From Candidatus Nanoarchaeia archaeon (GTDB lineage Archaea; Nanobdellota; Nanobdellia; SCGC-AAA011-G17; JAGVZF01): 64,000 bases of DNA. Made by a program: the position numbers and the translations under genes. Below are positions 9,591-19,784 of the stretch, one piece after another. The notes under the pieces were generated by a model that was given only the letters and a program-made list of their open reading frames with translations, did no database searches and was not told the DNA's origin. How positions within the stretch are numbered: the stretch's first letter is position 1; each line of letters opens with the position of its first letter. The stretch lies in assembly GCA_035288965.1 (NCBI GenBank), contig DATDYQ010000104.1, positions 10,089-74,088 on the forward strand, given 5' to 3'.

Positions 9591-11094
9591 GGAATTCATA
9601 AATTACTGCTAATGCTTGTTTTTGTTCCTGATCTGCGAAATATGCCTGCACAGGTTTTAATCCATGTTTCTCAGGATATTCAAAATAAGCCTGTCCGGAA
9701 TTCTCAAATATAGAAACAACAAAATATCTTGGTTTATATTTATTAATTTCATTTTCTTCATAAGCATATCTTGTCTCTCTTTCAGAATAATAAGTATTTT
9801 GCGGTATAGAATTGCTTATGACAATCTCTCCCTTATTTGAATTTTCTTTTATCCATATTCCAACCAATTTTATTGGTTCGTATGAGCTAACTTTATTTTT
9901 TATTAATGCATCACTATATCTTAATTGTTGGAAACCAACTATCAATATTATTAACACAACAAAACCAATTGCAATTCTCTTGTCAAATTTTTTAGTATAA
10001 TCAGATATCCACATTAATGCTTTCGCAGCTATAATAAACACTGCAGGAAAGACAACTATAAGATACCTATCTTCTCCTCGCCCGCTTGTATTTATAGCAA
10101 CATATGTTAATAATATTAAAGGTATTAATATCCATAATAACAAAAATAAATCCTTTTTCAATTCAATGTTTTTATCTTTTATCATTAAATCAAAGCCCAA
10201 AATAAGATTAATCAATAAATATAATAATCCTAATAAAAATGTGATAAGTAAAACTATTTGAAGATAAGTTGGAAACATTTTTAGATAAACATTCCAAGCA
10301 GAATAAACAGCTTTTGTTTCAGGATTTGCAATGCTTGCTTGTACCGCTGCCAATCTAGGTATCGGGGCTCCTAACGTAGCCATAGAATAAAAGATATAAG
10401 GCAACAATAATATTAATATTATTATCGCTGCTATCCATACTTTTCTATTCTTCAAGAATTTAAATTTATCTGTTATCAATAGATATATCAACATCACTAA
10501 TCCAATAAATCCAACAGCATAATAACTCAAAAATCCTATTAAAATAGATAATCCGGAAAATAAAAGGTATTTAAGATTTATTTCTTTCACATAACCCTTC
10601 CAAAAACAATAAACGGCAACTGTAACAAAAGCTAATGTTGGTGCTTCTGACATGAATCTTAAAGAATAAAATAAATGTAGATAAAAAACAGATAAAAATG
10701 CTGTTGCAATAATCCCGATTTTTTTATCAAAAATTTCTTTTCCTAAAAGATATGTAAAAATAACTGCCACTATTGAAAATAATGTTTCAATAAGTCTAAT
10801 AAAAAATTCAGAAGCTCCTATCTTAAATAATAATCCCCAAAATAAGGGTAATAAAGGTTCTCTATATGGAAACCATCCTGTATTTGGTGTATTAAAAGCA
10901 TAATGTTTTGCCTGCAACATCATCTCAGCTTCATCCCACCATAATGGTTGATGGGAAGCAACAAATAAATAATAAAGTCTTATTATAATCCCAATGCTAA
11001 TAACAACCAATGCTATTATGTTTAATTTATCACTAAAAAATCCTTTTTTCTGTTCTTTAGTTTCAATTTTAATCTCTGTAGGTTTAACTTCCAT
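9580..11094 (-). CDS. GT-C glycosyltransferase (GT39/PMT_2, ArnT-like)
   Basis: LWWDEAE, REPLLP, MSEAP, DRYL; many TM helices. Confidence 0.85.
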   Translation of the reverse strand: MEVKPTEIKIETKEQKKGFFSDKLNIIALVVISIGIIIRLYYLFVASHQPLWWDEAEMMLQAKHYAFNTPNTGWFPYREPLLPLFWGLLFKIGASEFFIRLIETLFSIVAVIFTYLLGKEIFDKKIGIIATAFLSVFYLHLFYSLRFMSEAPTLAFVTVAVYCFWKGYVKEINLKYLLFSGLSILIGFLSYYAVGFIGLVMLIYLLITDKFKFLKNRKVWIAAIIILILLLPYIFYSMATLGAPIPRLAAVQASIANPETKAVYSAWNVYLKMFPTYLQIVLLITFLLGLLYLLINLILGFDLMIKDKNIELKKDLFLLLWILIPLILLTYVAINTSGRGEDRYLIVVFPAVFIIAAKALMWISDYTKKFDKRIAIGFVVLIILIVGFQQLRYSDALIKNKVSSYEPIKLVGIWIKENSNKGEIVISNSIPQNTYYSERETRYAYEENEINKYKPRYFVVSIFENSGQAYFEYPEKHGLKPVQAYFADQEQKQALAVIYEFPKP

Positions 11095-11163
11095 TTTTAT
11101 TTCTTTAATATTCTAACTTAAATATGTTTTTATTAATCTTAAATATAGAGAATTAAGAATATA

Positions 11164-12141
11164 TTATTTTTTATCTAAACTTGCTAACAATTCATCTAAA
11201 GTTAATGTTGCTGTTCCAACTTTGCCAATAACTACTGCTGCAGCATGGTTTGCAACAGACATAGAATCTTTAACTCCTAATTCAGAAGCTAATCCCAAGG
11301 AAAATATAGCTAATGCAGTATCTCCCGCTCCAGAAAGATCATATACTGGAACACTTTTTCCTTTAGAATGATGATAAAGCCCTTCTTGCCCAAAAAATTT
11401 CATTCCTTCTTTACCACAAGTAATAACGACCCCACCAGTCCAATATTTAGATATAAGCTTTCTACCAACATGATTTATATGCTTATTTTTGTCTAGTCCT
11501 GTTATCTCTCTTGCCTCTTTAGAATTTAACATTAAAAAATCCATATCATAATAAATACTAGCATTTATTGGTTTAGGTTCAACAATAAATAATTTCTTTC
11601 TTCTTTTAGCTTCCATTCTCAAAAATTTTACCAATGTTTTAGTAATAATCCCTTTACCATAATCTGATATTAAATATACATCTGCATCTAAATCAGATTC
11701 CCTAAAATGATTTATTAAAATATTAGTTTGATCTCTATTCAATCTTGTGTCCATTTCTTCATCGAATCTAGCAATTAAATCTTCATCATCTGCTATAAGC
11801 CTATTTTTTGTTGTGGTTATTCTATCCCTTAATGAAATGATTCTAGATTTAATTCCATTATAAGAAACTAAATCATAAACCACTTTCCCTGACTTATCAT
11901 TTCCCATAACACCATACAAATAAGCTGTAGCCCCAAGACTTGCAATATTACTTGCCGTATTCCCCGCACCCCCCAAAACATCAGAATGTCCTGTAACTTT
12001 TACTAGATTGGTTGCGCGTCTCTCTGGGTTTAATCTCTCTATCTCTCCTAAAATATAATGATCTAGCATTACATCTCCAACAATTAAAATTTTCCTTTCA
12101 GGGAATGTTCTGACAACTTCTTTTACTCTTTCTATGTTCAT
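11164..12141 (-). CDS. hldE: D-glycero-D-manno-heptose-7-phosphate kinase (HldE/RfaE kinase domain only, PfkB family)
   Basis: GDVMLDHY..G.IERLNPE, LGGAGNTA, TTTKNR, SDYGKG, DLSGAGDT. No adenylyltransferase domain. Start ATG 12141 follows GTGA. Confidence 0.8.
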   Translation of the reverse strand: MNIERVKEVVRTFPERKILIVGDVMLDHYILGEIERLNPERRATNLVKVTGHSDVLGGAGNTASNIASLGATAYLYGVMGNDKSGKVVYDLVSYNGIKSRIISLRDRITTTKNRLIADDEDLIARFDEEMDTRLNRDQTNILINHFRESDLDADVYLISDYGKGIITKTLVKFLRMEAKRRKKLFIVEPKPINASIYYDMDFLMLNSKEAREITGLDKNKHINHVGRKLISKYWTGGVVITCGKEGMKFFGQEGLYHHSKGKSVPVYDLSGAGDTALAIFSLGLASELGVKDSMSVANHAAAVVIGKVGTATLTLDELLASLDKK

Positions 12142-12146
12142 ATTAA

Positions 12147-14036
12147 TCACTTTGTACTTTCTACTCTTTCCCAAGCATCATTATAATGTTTTCTTATTAA
12201 CCTAGTATCGTAATAAACACTAATCCACATATATAATCTAGCAAAGAATAGCCTTAGTGTCCACCAAAATTCTCTCAAATCTTGAGGGTAAGATAAGGCC
12301 CAAAATGTTCCAATAAATACTTCATTAAAAAAAGATTTAACTCTTGGAAAATCAGGAGCGTGTTTTGTTAATGTTTCATGTGCCTTCGCAGTTCTTTTTC
12401 TTTGTTTAAACCATTCATTAAAATTATCAGGGTTCTTAACAAACACTTTAGCCTCTTTTACATATTTAATTTTATATCCTCTTTTCCAAAAATAATAAGG
12501 GATTATACTATCTTCAGCTACATCTAATGGAATCTTGTTGATTATATTGTTTCTGAAAGCAAATAAATACCCAGAACATTCTAAAAATTTTCCTTGCTCA
12601 GATAATTTTTTCCTGATTTTATGAGCTCCTGCATCAGCCAATAAATGGCTCCAATATCCAAATATATCCTCTTTACTATTCGATGAAACAATTCTTCCCG
12701 TTACACATCCTGTTTTAAGGTCAAAAAAAGATCTAGCAATTTCATTAATTGAGTTTTCTCCCAGAACAACATCACCATCTGTAAAAATCAAGATATCTCC
12801 TTTTAATTCTTTAAATAATAAATTTATTGCATAACTTTTTCCTGTTCCAGGATCTTTAAAGTATTTTATATTCTGTTTTTTATTTAGTTTATTAAATAAT
12901 GTTTTAGCTTCTTCATCTGGACTTGCTATAATAATTTCATAGTCGTAATCTATTTGTTGTTTTATTATAGAATCAATAGCCTTTGGCAAATTAGGTTCTT
13001 TAAAAGAAGTAACAATAATTGATAATTTATTTTTTATTAACCTATTCGCAGCATTAACAATATTATCTACATTCATCTTATTCATACTTTGGCAGTCTGG
13101 TTTATAACAACATAAACAATTAGAATTTGGCGTTAATCTTATACCTTGTCCATACAAATCTAATTCGGCAGCAGAAGTTGGACCAACTAAAACGACAACT
13201 TTTCTTTTCAGAGCTACAGCTAAATGTAATCCTAAGCTGTCGCTGGTTACAAAAACATTACAAATAGCTATTAATGCTGGAAATTCAAAAAGATCATTGC
13301 CACATCCCGTATTTATTATAGGGACTTTGCTTAAAGAAATAATATTGTCATTTCTTTCTATCTCATCCTGCCCGCCAAACAGCAATATTTTATATTTATA
13401 ATTTTTATACAACATTTCAGCAAGTTTTGCTGTCTTTTCTATGCTTAATTTCTTTGATGGCCAAACTCCCCCCGATCCTGTATTAACCCCTATAACAATA
13501 TCATCCTCTCTTATATTATATCTTCTCTTAAAATCATTTAAAAATTTTCCTTGTTCCCTATTTAATTTTAAATTCATAAAAGTCTTATCGTAATCCACTC
13601 CAACCATATCGCTAATAATTTGTTGGTACGTTTTCTTATTTTTCTTTTTGAGAATATCATTTTGAGGTTTCTTGCCTAATTTGCTCATATCATACCATTC
13701 TTTTGCGCTCTCAGATGGGACAACTTTAAGATTTTTATCTAAATAGTTTCCAATGATTTTTCCAGTTTTAATCTTAGTAGCCAATGCACAAGCTTCAAAA
13801 TCTTCATCCAGATTAATAACAATATCAAAGTACATTCCTTCTAAATATCTTAAATTAATCTTGCTGTAATAAACTGCCTCATCAACAAATTTATTGTCTT
13901 TTATTAATGAATAAGCATTCTTCTTGGTAAGCCAATAAATCTCTGTGTATCTATATTTTTCTTTTAATGCTGGAAGTATTGTGGTTGTCCTTACAACATC
14001 TCCCATAGCTCCTAATTTAATTATAAGAATTTTCAT
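12147..14036 (-). CDS. GT9-GT2 fusion glycosyltransferase
   Basis: N-terminal KLGAMGDVVRTT...TSDSLGLHLA (GT9). C-terminal SIIVTSFKEP, FTDGD, AEDS, QRKRT (GT2). Confidence 0.85.
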   Translation of the reverse strand: MKILIIKLGAMGDVVRTTTILPALKEKYRYTEIYWLTKKNAYSLIKDNKFVDEAVYYSKINLRYLEGMYFDIVINLDEDFEACALATKIKTGKIIGNYLDKNLKVVPSESAKEWYDMSKLGKKPQNDILKKKNKKTYQQIISDMVGVDYDKTFMNLKLNREQGKFLNDFKRRYNIREDDIVIGVNTGSGGVWPSKKLSIEKTAKLAEMLYKNYKYKILLFGGQDEIERNDNIISLSKVPIINTGCGNDLFEFPALIAICNVFVTSDSLGLHLAVALKRKVVVLVGPTSAAELDLYGQGIRLTPNSNCLCCYKPDCQSMNKMNVDNIVNAANRLIKNKLSIIVTSFKEPNLPKAIDSIIKQQIDYDYEIIIASPDEEAKTLFNKLNKKQNIKYFKDPGTGKSYAINLLFKELKGDILIFTDGDVVLGENSINEIARSFFDLKTGCVTGRIVSSNSKEDIFGYWSHLLADAGAHKIRKKLSEQGKFLECSGYLFAFRNNIINKIPLDVAEDSIIPYYFWKRGYKIKYVKEAKVFVKNPDNFNEWFKQRKRTAKAHETLTKHAPDFPRVKSFFNEVFIGTFWALSYPQDLREFWWTLRLFFARLYMWISVYYDTRLIRKHYNDAWERVESTK

Positions 14037-14067
14037 GATAATGAGATATAGGAAAATTTAATAAACC

Positions 14068-15192
14068 TTACTCTAAATATATATTCATAACCCTTTTAGC
14101 TATTTTATCCCAATCATATTGCTTAGATTTATTAACATTATTCTTGCCTATTTTCTCTCTCAATTTCTTGTTATCAACTAACTTTATCACATTACCTTTT
14201 AAACAACTTATATCTCCATAATCACAAAAAAATCCATTTTCCTTATCTTTCATCTCATAAGGAATACCATTCACAGGACTTGCAACTACCGATAATCCAC
14301 AAGCAAAAGCTTCAAATAAAGTTAAAGGCAATCCCTCTCTAAAGCTAGGCATAACATAAACTTCACTTGCTTGATACATTTTAACAACTTCTTTTCTATC
14401 TCTTATCGCTCCCAAAATCTTTATCCTTTTGTCAGCTAATTTTTTAACTTCTTCTAACATTCCTTCATCAGGTCCAACAATAACAAAATCTAGATCTTTT
14501 CTTTCATTTAATAAGTCATTAGCCATTAAAACAAACTTATCTACACCTTTTGTTTTATTCAATCTTCCAAAAAATAATATCAATTTTCCTTTAATTCCAT
14601 ATTTCTTCTTGAAATCATTATTTTTTATTTTCTTAAAAAATTCCTTGCCCATTCCATTTGGTATAACTTCAATCTTTCCTTTTCCGCCGTATTTTTCAAT
14701 GAATTGTATTTCCCAAGGTGTTATCGCAATTATCTTATCAGTCCATCTAAAACTTAATCTCATAAAGGTATTATAAACAATTCCCAGTAATATTTTAGCA
14801 AAAAAACTTCTGTTTTCCGTAGTCCATGGGCAATGCGTAGTATGAATTAACTTTATTCCTCTAAATTTCGCGTTTAAAGCTCCGAAAAATTGATGAGCAT
14901 GTCCTGCAACATGTGTATGGATAATATCAAACTTTTCTTTATTGAGTTTAAATAAAACGCTTGGCCAAAAAGTAGAGAAATTAGCAACTTTAAACCAAGA
15001 ATAACATCTATGAAGATGAATTCCATCAATTATCTCTTCTTTAACCTTTAATCTTTCTTTCTTATCGGAATCAACAGTATAAACATGAACTTCATGTCCT
15101 TGCTTAATATATCTTTGAGCTAATTCATAAATTACTTGTGCTGGTCCATCCACAGCAGGAAAAAAATATGAGCATAAATAAGCTATTTTCAT
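14068..15192 (-). CDS. GT4 glycosyltransferase
   Basis: FFGRLNKTKG; PSFREGLPLTLFEAFACG (E-x7-E). Confidence 0.92.
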   Translation of the reverse strand: MKIAYLCSYFFPAVDGPAQVIYELAQRYIKQGHEVHVYTVDSDKKERLKVKEEIIDGIHLHRCYSWFKVANFSTFWPSVLFKLNKEKFDIIHTHVAGHAHQFFGALNAKFRGIKLIHTTHCPWTTENRSFFAKILLGIVYNTFMRLSFRWTDKIIAITPWEIQFIEKYGGKGKIEVIPNGMGKEFFKKIKNNDFKKKYGIKGKLILFFGRLNKTKGVDKFVLMANDLLNERKDLDFVIVGPDEGMLEEVKKLADKRIKILGAIRDRKEVVKMYQASEVYVMPSFREGLPLTLFEAFACGLSVVASPVNGIPYEMKDKENGFFCDYGDISCLKGNVIKLVDNKKLREKIGKNNVNKSKQYDWDKIAKRVMNIYLE

Positions 15193-15193
15193 T

Positions 15194-16066
15194 TCAATAC
15201 TTCCTGAAAGCTTCTTTCACTCCATCCCGACTTCCTTTGTAAACTGATTTTATTAAATTGAATTGTCTTCTAAAAATAAATAATATAGCTTGAACTTGAA
15301 TTATCACAATAAAATGTATTAATAAAAATAATAAAAACCTGAATAATTTCAAATGTTTCTTTAATAATATTATCCTATTTCGATATAAATAATAAACAAC
15401 AAATTTATTCTTCTTTCCACCCGAGCTTCCGTAAACTTTATGATAAACTTTGGCATTCGGATTGATATAAGCCTTAAATCCCCTTTCATACGCCTTAAAA
15501 ATTAAATCTTCTGTCTCACAATACATAAAGAAATTCTCGTCATACATTCCAACTTCCTTTATGATTTTATTACTTATTAACAAAGCACATGCGTCCAAAT
15601 ATTCATTCTTCTTTAGTTCAGCTGGAGCATAATAATCTTTTATCGGTTTAGCAATCCCTGTTATAAAATCTAATTTTCCACCTAATGAATCTAAATCCTT
15701 TGAATAATAATTAAATATCGCACTTCCCACAAACCCGATTCTTTCATCTTTAATTGCAACATTAACTAACTCTTTTAATAAAAATCTATCGACAACTGCA
15801 TCGCTGTTTAATAATAAGTAATAATCATAGTTTTTATTCTCTCTTATCGCTAAATTAACAGCTCCTGTAATTCCTGAATTTACTTTATTTTTCATTAATT
15901 TAACATTTTTAATCTTCTTTAGTTTTTCTATGCTTTTACTAGCATTATCTACAATTAATATTTCATAATTTTTATATTCTAATCTTCTTATGCTCTCAAT
16001 TAATTCAATCGTATCATCTTCTGTATTATAATTTACAATTATTATCAAAACTTCAGGTTCTTTCAT
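15194..16066 (-). CDS. GT2 glycosyltransferase (rhamnosyltransferase-like)
   Basis: IIVNYN, VDNAS, LLNSD, FFMYCETEDL. Confidence 0.88.
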   Translation of the reverse strand: MKEPEVLIIIVNYNTEDDTIELIESIRRLEYKNYEILIVDNASKSIEKLKKIKNVKLMKNKVNSGITGAVNLAIRENKNYDYYLLLNSDAVVDRFLLKELVNVAIKDERIGFVGSAIFNYYSKDLDSLGGKLDFITGIAKPIKDYYAPAELKKNEYLDACALLISNKIIKEVGMYDENFFMYCETEDLIFKAYERGFKAYINPNAKVYHKVYGSSGGKKNKFVVYYLYRNRIILLKKHLKLFRFLLFLLIHFIVIIQVQAILFIFRRQFNLIKSVYKGSRDGVKEAFRKY

Positions 16067-16100
16067 AAAAATATTAAGAACAATAAGCTTTTAAAACTAA

Positions 16101-16970
16101 TTATCCGATTGCAATTAATACTGTTCCAAAAATCATAATTAAAGCAGCTACAACATTCTTTATTATTCCTTTTTCTTTAAAGAAAATATATCCATAAATT
16201 ATGCTAAAAACAATGCTTAATCTTTTTACAGATATCATATAAGCATTTAATGTTAAACTCTGCGCTTTGAAAGAAGCTAAGCTCATTAAAGCACTCAAGG
16301 TTCCTATTATTAATAATATCCATATGTTAGTTTTACTAGCTGTCCTTATTGGATTTTCTTTAAATCTTATCATTATATATAATGTAGATACAATGCAGAT
16401 TGAAATTATAGCCAATCCAGAAACAGCTAATGGGTTTTTTGTTTGATTTATTAAAATTTTATATAATGGGGTTACAACAGCATATAAAAAAGCAGCTATC
16501 AACATGTAAATTGATCCCTTATCTCTAAATAAACTTCTAATCGGTTGAAATGAAATAAATCCCCCTTCTGTTTTTATTATATAAGATCCAAGAAATATTA
16601 AAAAAATTCCGCTAGCTCCCAGTAAGGATGGTATTTCATTCAAAAAAATCCATGATATTATTGTTAAAAAAACAGGTGTAAAACTCAAAAAAGGAACGGT
16701 TATAGCTAATCCGGATATCTTAATCGCCTTTACATATAATATTATAGCTATCATCTCTAAAATTCCTGTAATAAAAAGCAAGAAAATTGATAATAAGTTT
16801 AAATTAGGAATCTTTACAATAAACAAGGTAATTATAATGATCGGTAAAGAAAAAAACCATACTGCCCATGAAACGATATAATCATTATATTTATTTAAAG
16901 CTAGTTTCTGAACTAGATTATTCGTAGCGGTACTTAGTGCTGCAAATAAGGATAGTATTAGCCATAGCAT
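16101..16970 (-). CDS. EamA/DMT family transporter
   Basis: About 10 TMs in two repeats; 'SFTPVF...FLNE' and 'SVKRLSIVF...FFKE'. Confidence 0.85.
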   Translation of the reverse strand: MLWLILSLFAALSTATNNLVQKLALNKYNDYIVSWAVWFFSLPIIIITLFIVKIPNLNLLSIFLLFITGILEMIAIILYVKAIKISGLAITVPFLSFTPVFLTIISWIFLNEIPSLLGASGIFLIFLGSYIIKTEGGFISFQPIRSLFRDKGSIYMLIAAFLYAVVTPLYKILINQTKNPLAVSGLAIISICIVSTLYIMIRFKENPIRTASKTNIWILLIIGTLSALMSLASFKAQSLTLNAYMISVKRLSIVFSIIYGYIFFKEKGIIKNVVAALIMIFGTVLIAIG

Positions 16971-17054
16971 AAAGTTTTATTTTATATAATATTTATATAC
17001 TTTATCTTTTTATTACCAAAAATATAATAACAAATCCATTAAAAAATTGATAAT

Positions 17055-17726
17055 CTAAATGATTAAACCAAATTTTCCCAAAACATCTTCTAGCGTATTT
17101 CTTCTATAATCAAATTGTACAGAATTTATTCCTAATTTTCTGGCCCCTTTTACATATTCTTTATTATCATCAATAAAAAGAGTTTCTTCTGGTTTGCTTC
17201 CCAATCTTTGTAATGCATTTTTATATATTATAGGATCTGGTTTTGCACATCTATCTTCAGAAGAAAATGTCAAATAATCTGAATTAAATCCATTAAAGAA
17301 TTCAACATCTTTATAATAATTAAGAATAGATTCTGTTATGTTCGATAATATTCCTACTTTTATCCCACCTTTAGCTATTTTTTTTGCTATTTCTACATTG
17401 TTTCCTATAACTAATCTTTCTCTACCTTGAATATAAAATGGCTTACTAAATAAATCCACACTATCACCTCTTAATAATATATTATCAGAAACTCCATTTC
17501 TCCTTCTTTGTTCGCCAAATGCTCTTTCTAGCCTGCTAACAGCTTCTTCATAAGTAATTCGACCCCTATTTAGATCTACAAGAACTGTATCTTTCAAAAC
17601 TTTAGCCATTTCTTGTTGTGGAACATTATACAAAGAGCTAAGATGATTTAGTATTAAATCATATCCTTCAATAACTAACACATTAGCCATATCAAAGAGC
17701 ACTGTTGTTATTTTTGTTTTAAACAT
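17055..17726 (-). CDS. HAD-superfamily phosphatase
   Basis: LFDMANVL, LSN, KPDPIIY, FIDD. Confidence 0.85.
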   Translation of the reverse strand: MFKTKITTVLFDMANVLVIEGYDLILNHLSSLYNVPQQEMAKVLKDTVLVDLNRGRITYEEAVSRLERAFGEQRRRNGVSDNILLRGDSVDLFSKPFYIQGRERLVIGNNVEIAKKIAKGGIKVGILSNITESILNYYKDVEFFNGFNSDYLTFSSEDRCAKPDPIIYKNALQRLGSKPEETLFIDDNKEYVKGARKLGINSVQFDYRRNTLEDVLGKFGLII

Positions 17727-17805
17727 ATTATTTTTTAATAAGAAAGATTTATAAAAGTTGTTAAATCGAAGGAAGGTTTAAATATTTTTCTCTATTTTCA
17801 GTAAA

Positions 17806-18870
17806 GTGGTACATGCAAAATTTGATGAAACAGAAAAAGAACAAGAATATATAAACACAGTAAAAAGGCTACTTAATCCGCATCGCCCTTATTTAAAAAT
17901 AGGTAAAGTAAAACTTGGAGCTGGAAGAACAAATGATAATCTTCTTGTTTATGATACTGATAGTAAACCAGTTTGTGTTGTAAGAAAATCAAGACTAGAT
18001 AGAACTAATATGGCTCATTTTTATTTTCTTCAAATACAATCATTAGAAAGAGAAAAATTTCTTCTTGAATATATTGGCAAACATGCTCCAAAGGTTCCTA
18101 TCCCAAGACTTATTGCAGCAGATCAAGATCCAGAAGATGGACTAGATTATCTTGTAGTATCCCATATTAGTGGAATAAATTTTGCTGATATTGCAGGATC
18201 TTTAACTCCAAATCAATATAATAATTATATGAGAAATTTAGGAGAAACCATCGCTCCTGTAAGTAATTTAACATTCGGATCATTCGGTATTATCGGACCT
18301 GATGGAATTATAATTAATCCATTCCAAAGATGGAGTGATAGAATTGCCTTCTCAATATATGGAAAATTAAAAGATCCTGCTTCAACCGAATATTTTACAC
18401 ATGAATTATTATTTGAAAAAATTCCTGAATTTATTGAAAAACATAGAGAAGCTCTAGATAAAAATAGAAGACCTACAGCTGTTTTATATGATCTGCATTC
18501 AAAAAATTTTAATGTAGATCCAACAACAGAAAAAATCACTGGTTTCTTTGATATCGGTTTAGGACTTATTGCTAATAGAACATTGGAATTCGTTCCCATT
18601 GAACTTAATACAGTAAACTTTGGAAAAACAGAACGTCCGGCTGCATTAGAAGCATTTTTTGAGGGGTATGGACTATCTCTAAAAGATAGAGCAGATTATG
18701 AAGCTGCAAAACCAGTCTATGCACTAAATCATTCACTGGGGGCGGTTTTAGCCTATCATAATAATCCTGTAGATGATCTAAGAAGAGATCTTTGGAGTAG
18801 AGAAGTCTTCAAACCAAGAGTTGAAGAAATAGTAGAAAAAGGAATAGTAAATATGGTAAGATGGTTCTGA
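17806..18870 (+). CDS. Aminoglycoside phosphotransferase (APH/choline-kinase-like) family kinase
   Basis: GAGRTN loop, VVRK, 'YDLHSKNF' catalytic loop, 'GFFDIG'. Confidence 0.75.
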   Translation: MVHAKFDETEKEQEYINTVKRLLNPHRPYLKIGKVKLGAGRTNDNLLVYDTDSKPVCVVRKSRLDRTNMAHFYFLQIQSLEREKFLLEYIGKHAPKVPIPRLIAADQDPEDGLDYLVVSHISGINFADIAGSLTPNQYNNYMRNLGETIAPVSNLTFGSFGIIGPDGIIINPFQRWSDRIAFSIYGKLKDPASTEYFTHELLFEKIPEFIEKHREALDKNRRPTAVLYDLHSKNFNVDPTTEKITGFFDIGLGLIANRTLEFVPIELNTVNFGKTERPAALEAFFEGYGLSLKDRADYEAAKPVYALNHSLGAVLAYHNNPVDDLRRDLWSREVFKPRVEEIVEKGIVNMVRWF

Positions 18871-19748
18871 ACAAATTACACGGCATTATAGTACCCTTAT
18901 CGACACCAATTAAAGAGGATCAATCAATAGATTTTCCTGCAACTAAAAATCTAGTGGATAAATTAATTGAAAATGGTGTTGATGGACTTTTTCCCTTAAG
19001 TGGTACTGGAGAGTTTCCGATGCTTTCTTTAAGAGAATCTAAACAGTTTATAAATTTTGTAATGAGATCTTCTAGTGGAAGAGTTCCAGTTTACCCTGGA
19101 GCTTTTAGAGACAATTTAGGTGACACTTTAGAATTGGCTTTTGCTGCAGAAATATCTGGTGCTGAAGGAATTGTTTTAATGCCACCTTATTTTTATGGTC
19201 GTATTAAGAGTGAAGATATCGTAGACCAAGTTAGAAGAATAAAATGTAATATAAATTTACCTGTTATTTTTTATAATACAAATTCAAAATTAAGATTAGA
19301 TGAAGCTAGTATGCTTAGATTACATCAAGAAGGTTTAGTTATTGGAGCAAAAGAGGGAAGTAAAGATTTAGACTATCTAAAAAGATTAGCAGAATCTGGC
19401 ATGTCTGTTCTTCCAGGTAGCGATAAACTTCTTTATGCTGCATCTCAATTTGGTTGTGTGGGTGGTTTTCCTGGAAGTGCTAATGTATTAACGAAAGGGT
19501 TTGTAACCTTGTGGAAATTTATTCAAGAAGAAAAATTACAAGAAGCTGAGGCATTGCAATCTAGAATTAGTAGTGTTGTTGAAGTTATGTATAAAACAAA
19601 CCCCTATAGCGCCCAAACAGGTGTTAAGATTGGTTTAGAATATCTAGGTATCTGCCTTTCAAGAATGAAATATCCAATGCCTCAAGCAACTACAGAAGAA
19701 AAAAGAATTATTTTCGAAACATTAGATAAAAACAAGGATTTACTTTAA
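18861..19748 (+). CDS. DHDPS/N-acetylneuraminate lyase family aldolase
   Basis: GIIVPLSTP, SGTGEF, PPYF, FYN, GAKEGS (Schiff-base Lys), GSD. Confidence 0.85.
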   Translation: MVLNKLHGIIVPLSTPIKEDQSIDFPATKNLVDKLIENGVDGLFPLSGTGEFPMLSLRESKQFINFVMRSSSGRVPVYPGAFRDNLGDTLELAFAAEISGAEGIVLMPPYFYGRIKSEDIVDQVRRIKCNINLPVIFYNTNSKLRLDEASMLRLHQEGLVIGAKEGSKDLDYLKRLAESGMSVLPGSDKLLYAASQFGCVGGFPGSANVLTKGFVTLWKFIQEEKLQEAEALQSRISSVVEVMYKTNPYSAQTGVKIGLEYLGICLSRMKYPMPQATTEEKRIIFETLDKNKDLL

Positions 19749-19784
19749 CAAAACATTTATAACTTTTTCCACCATTTCATATTT

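Noticed and set aside
17806..18870. Antibiotic-resistance gene
   Set aside because: Only fold-level APH motifs are present; its overlap with an aldolase points to sugar metabolism.
18861..19748. dapA (lysine biosynthesis)
   Set aside because: SGTGE instead of GTTGE, and no other dap genes nearby.
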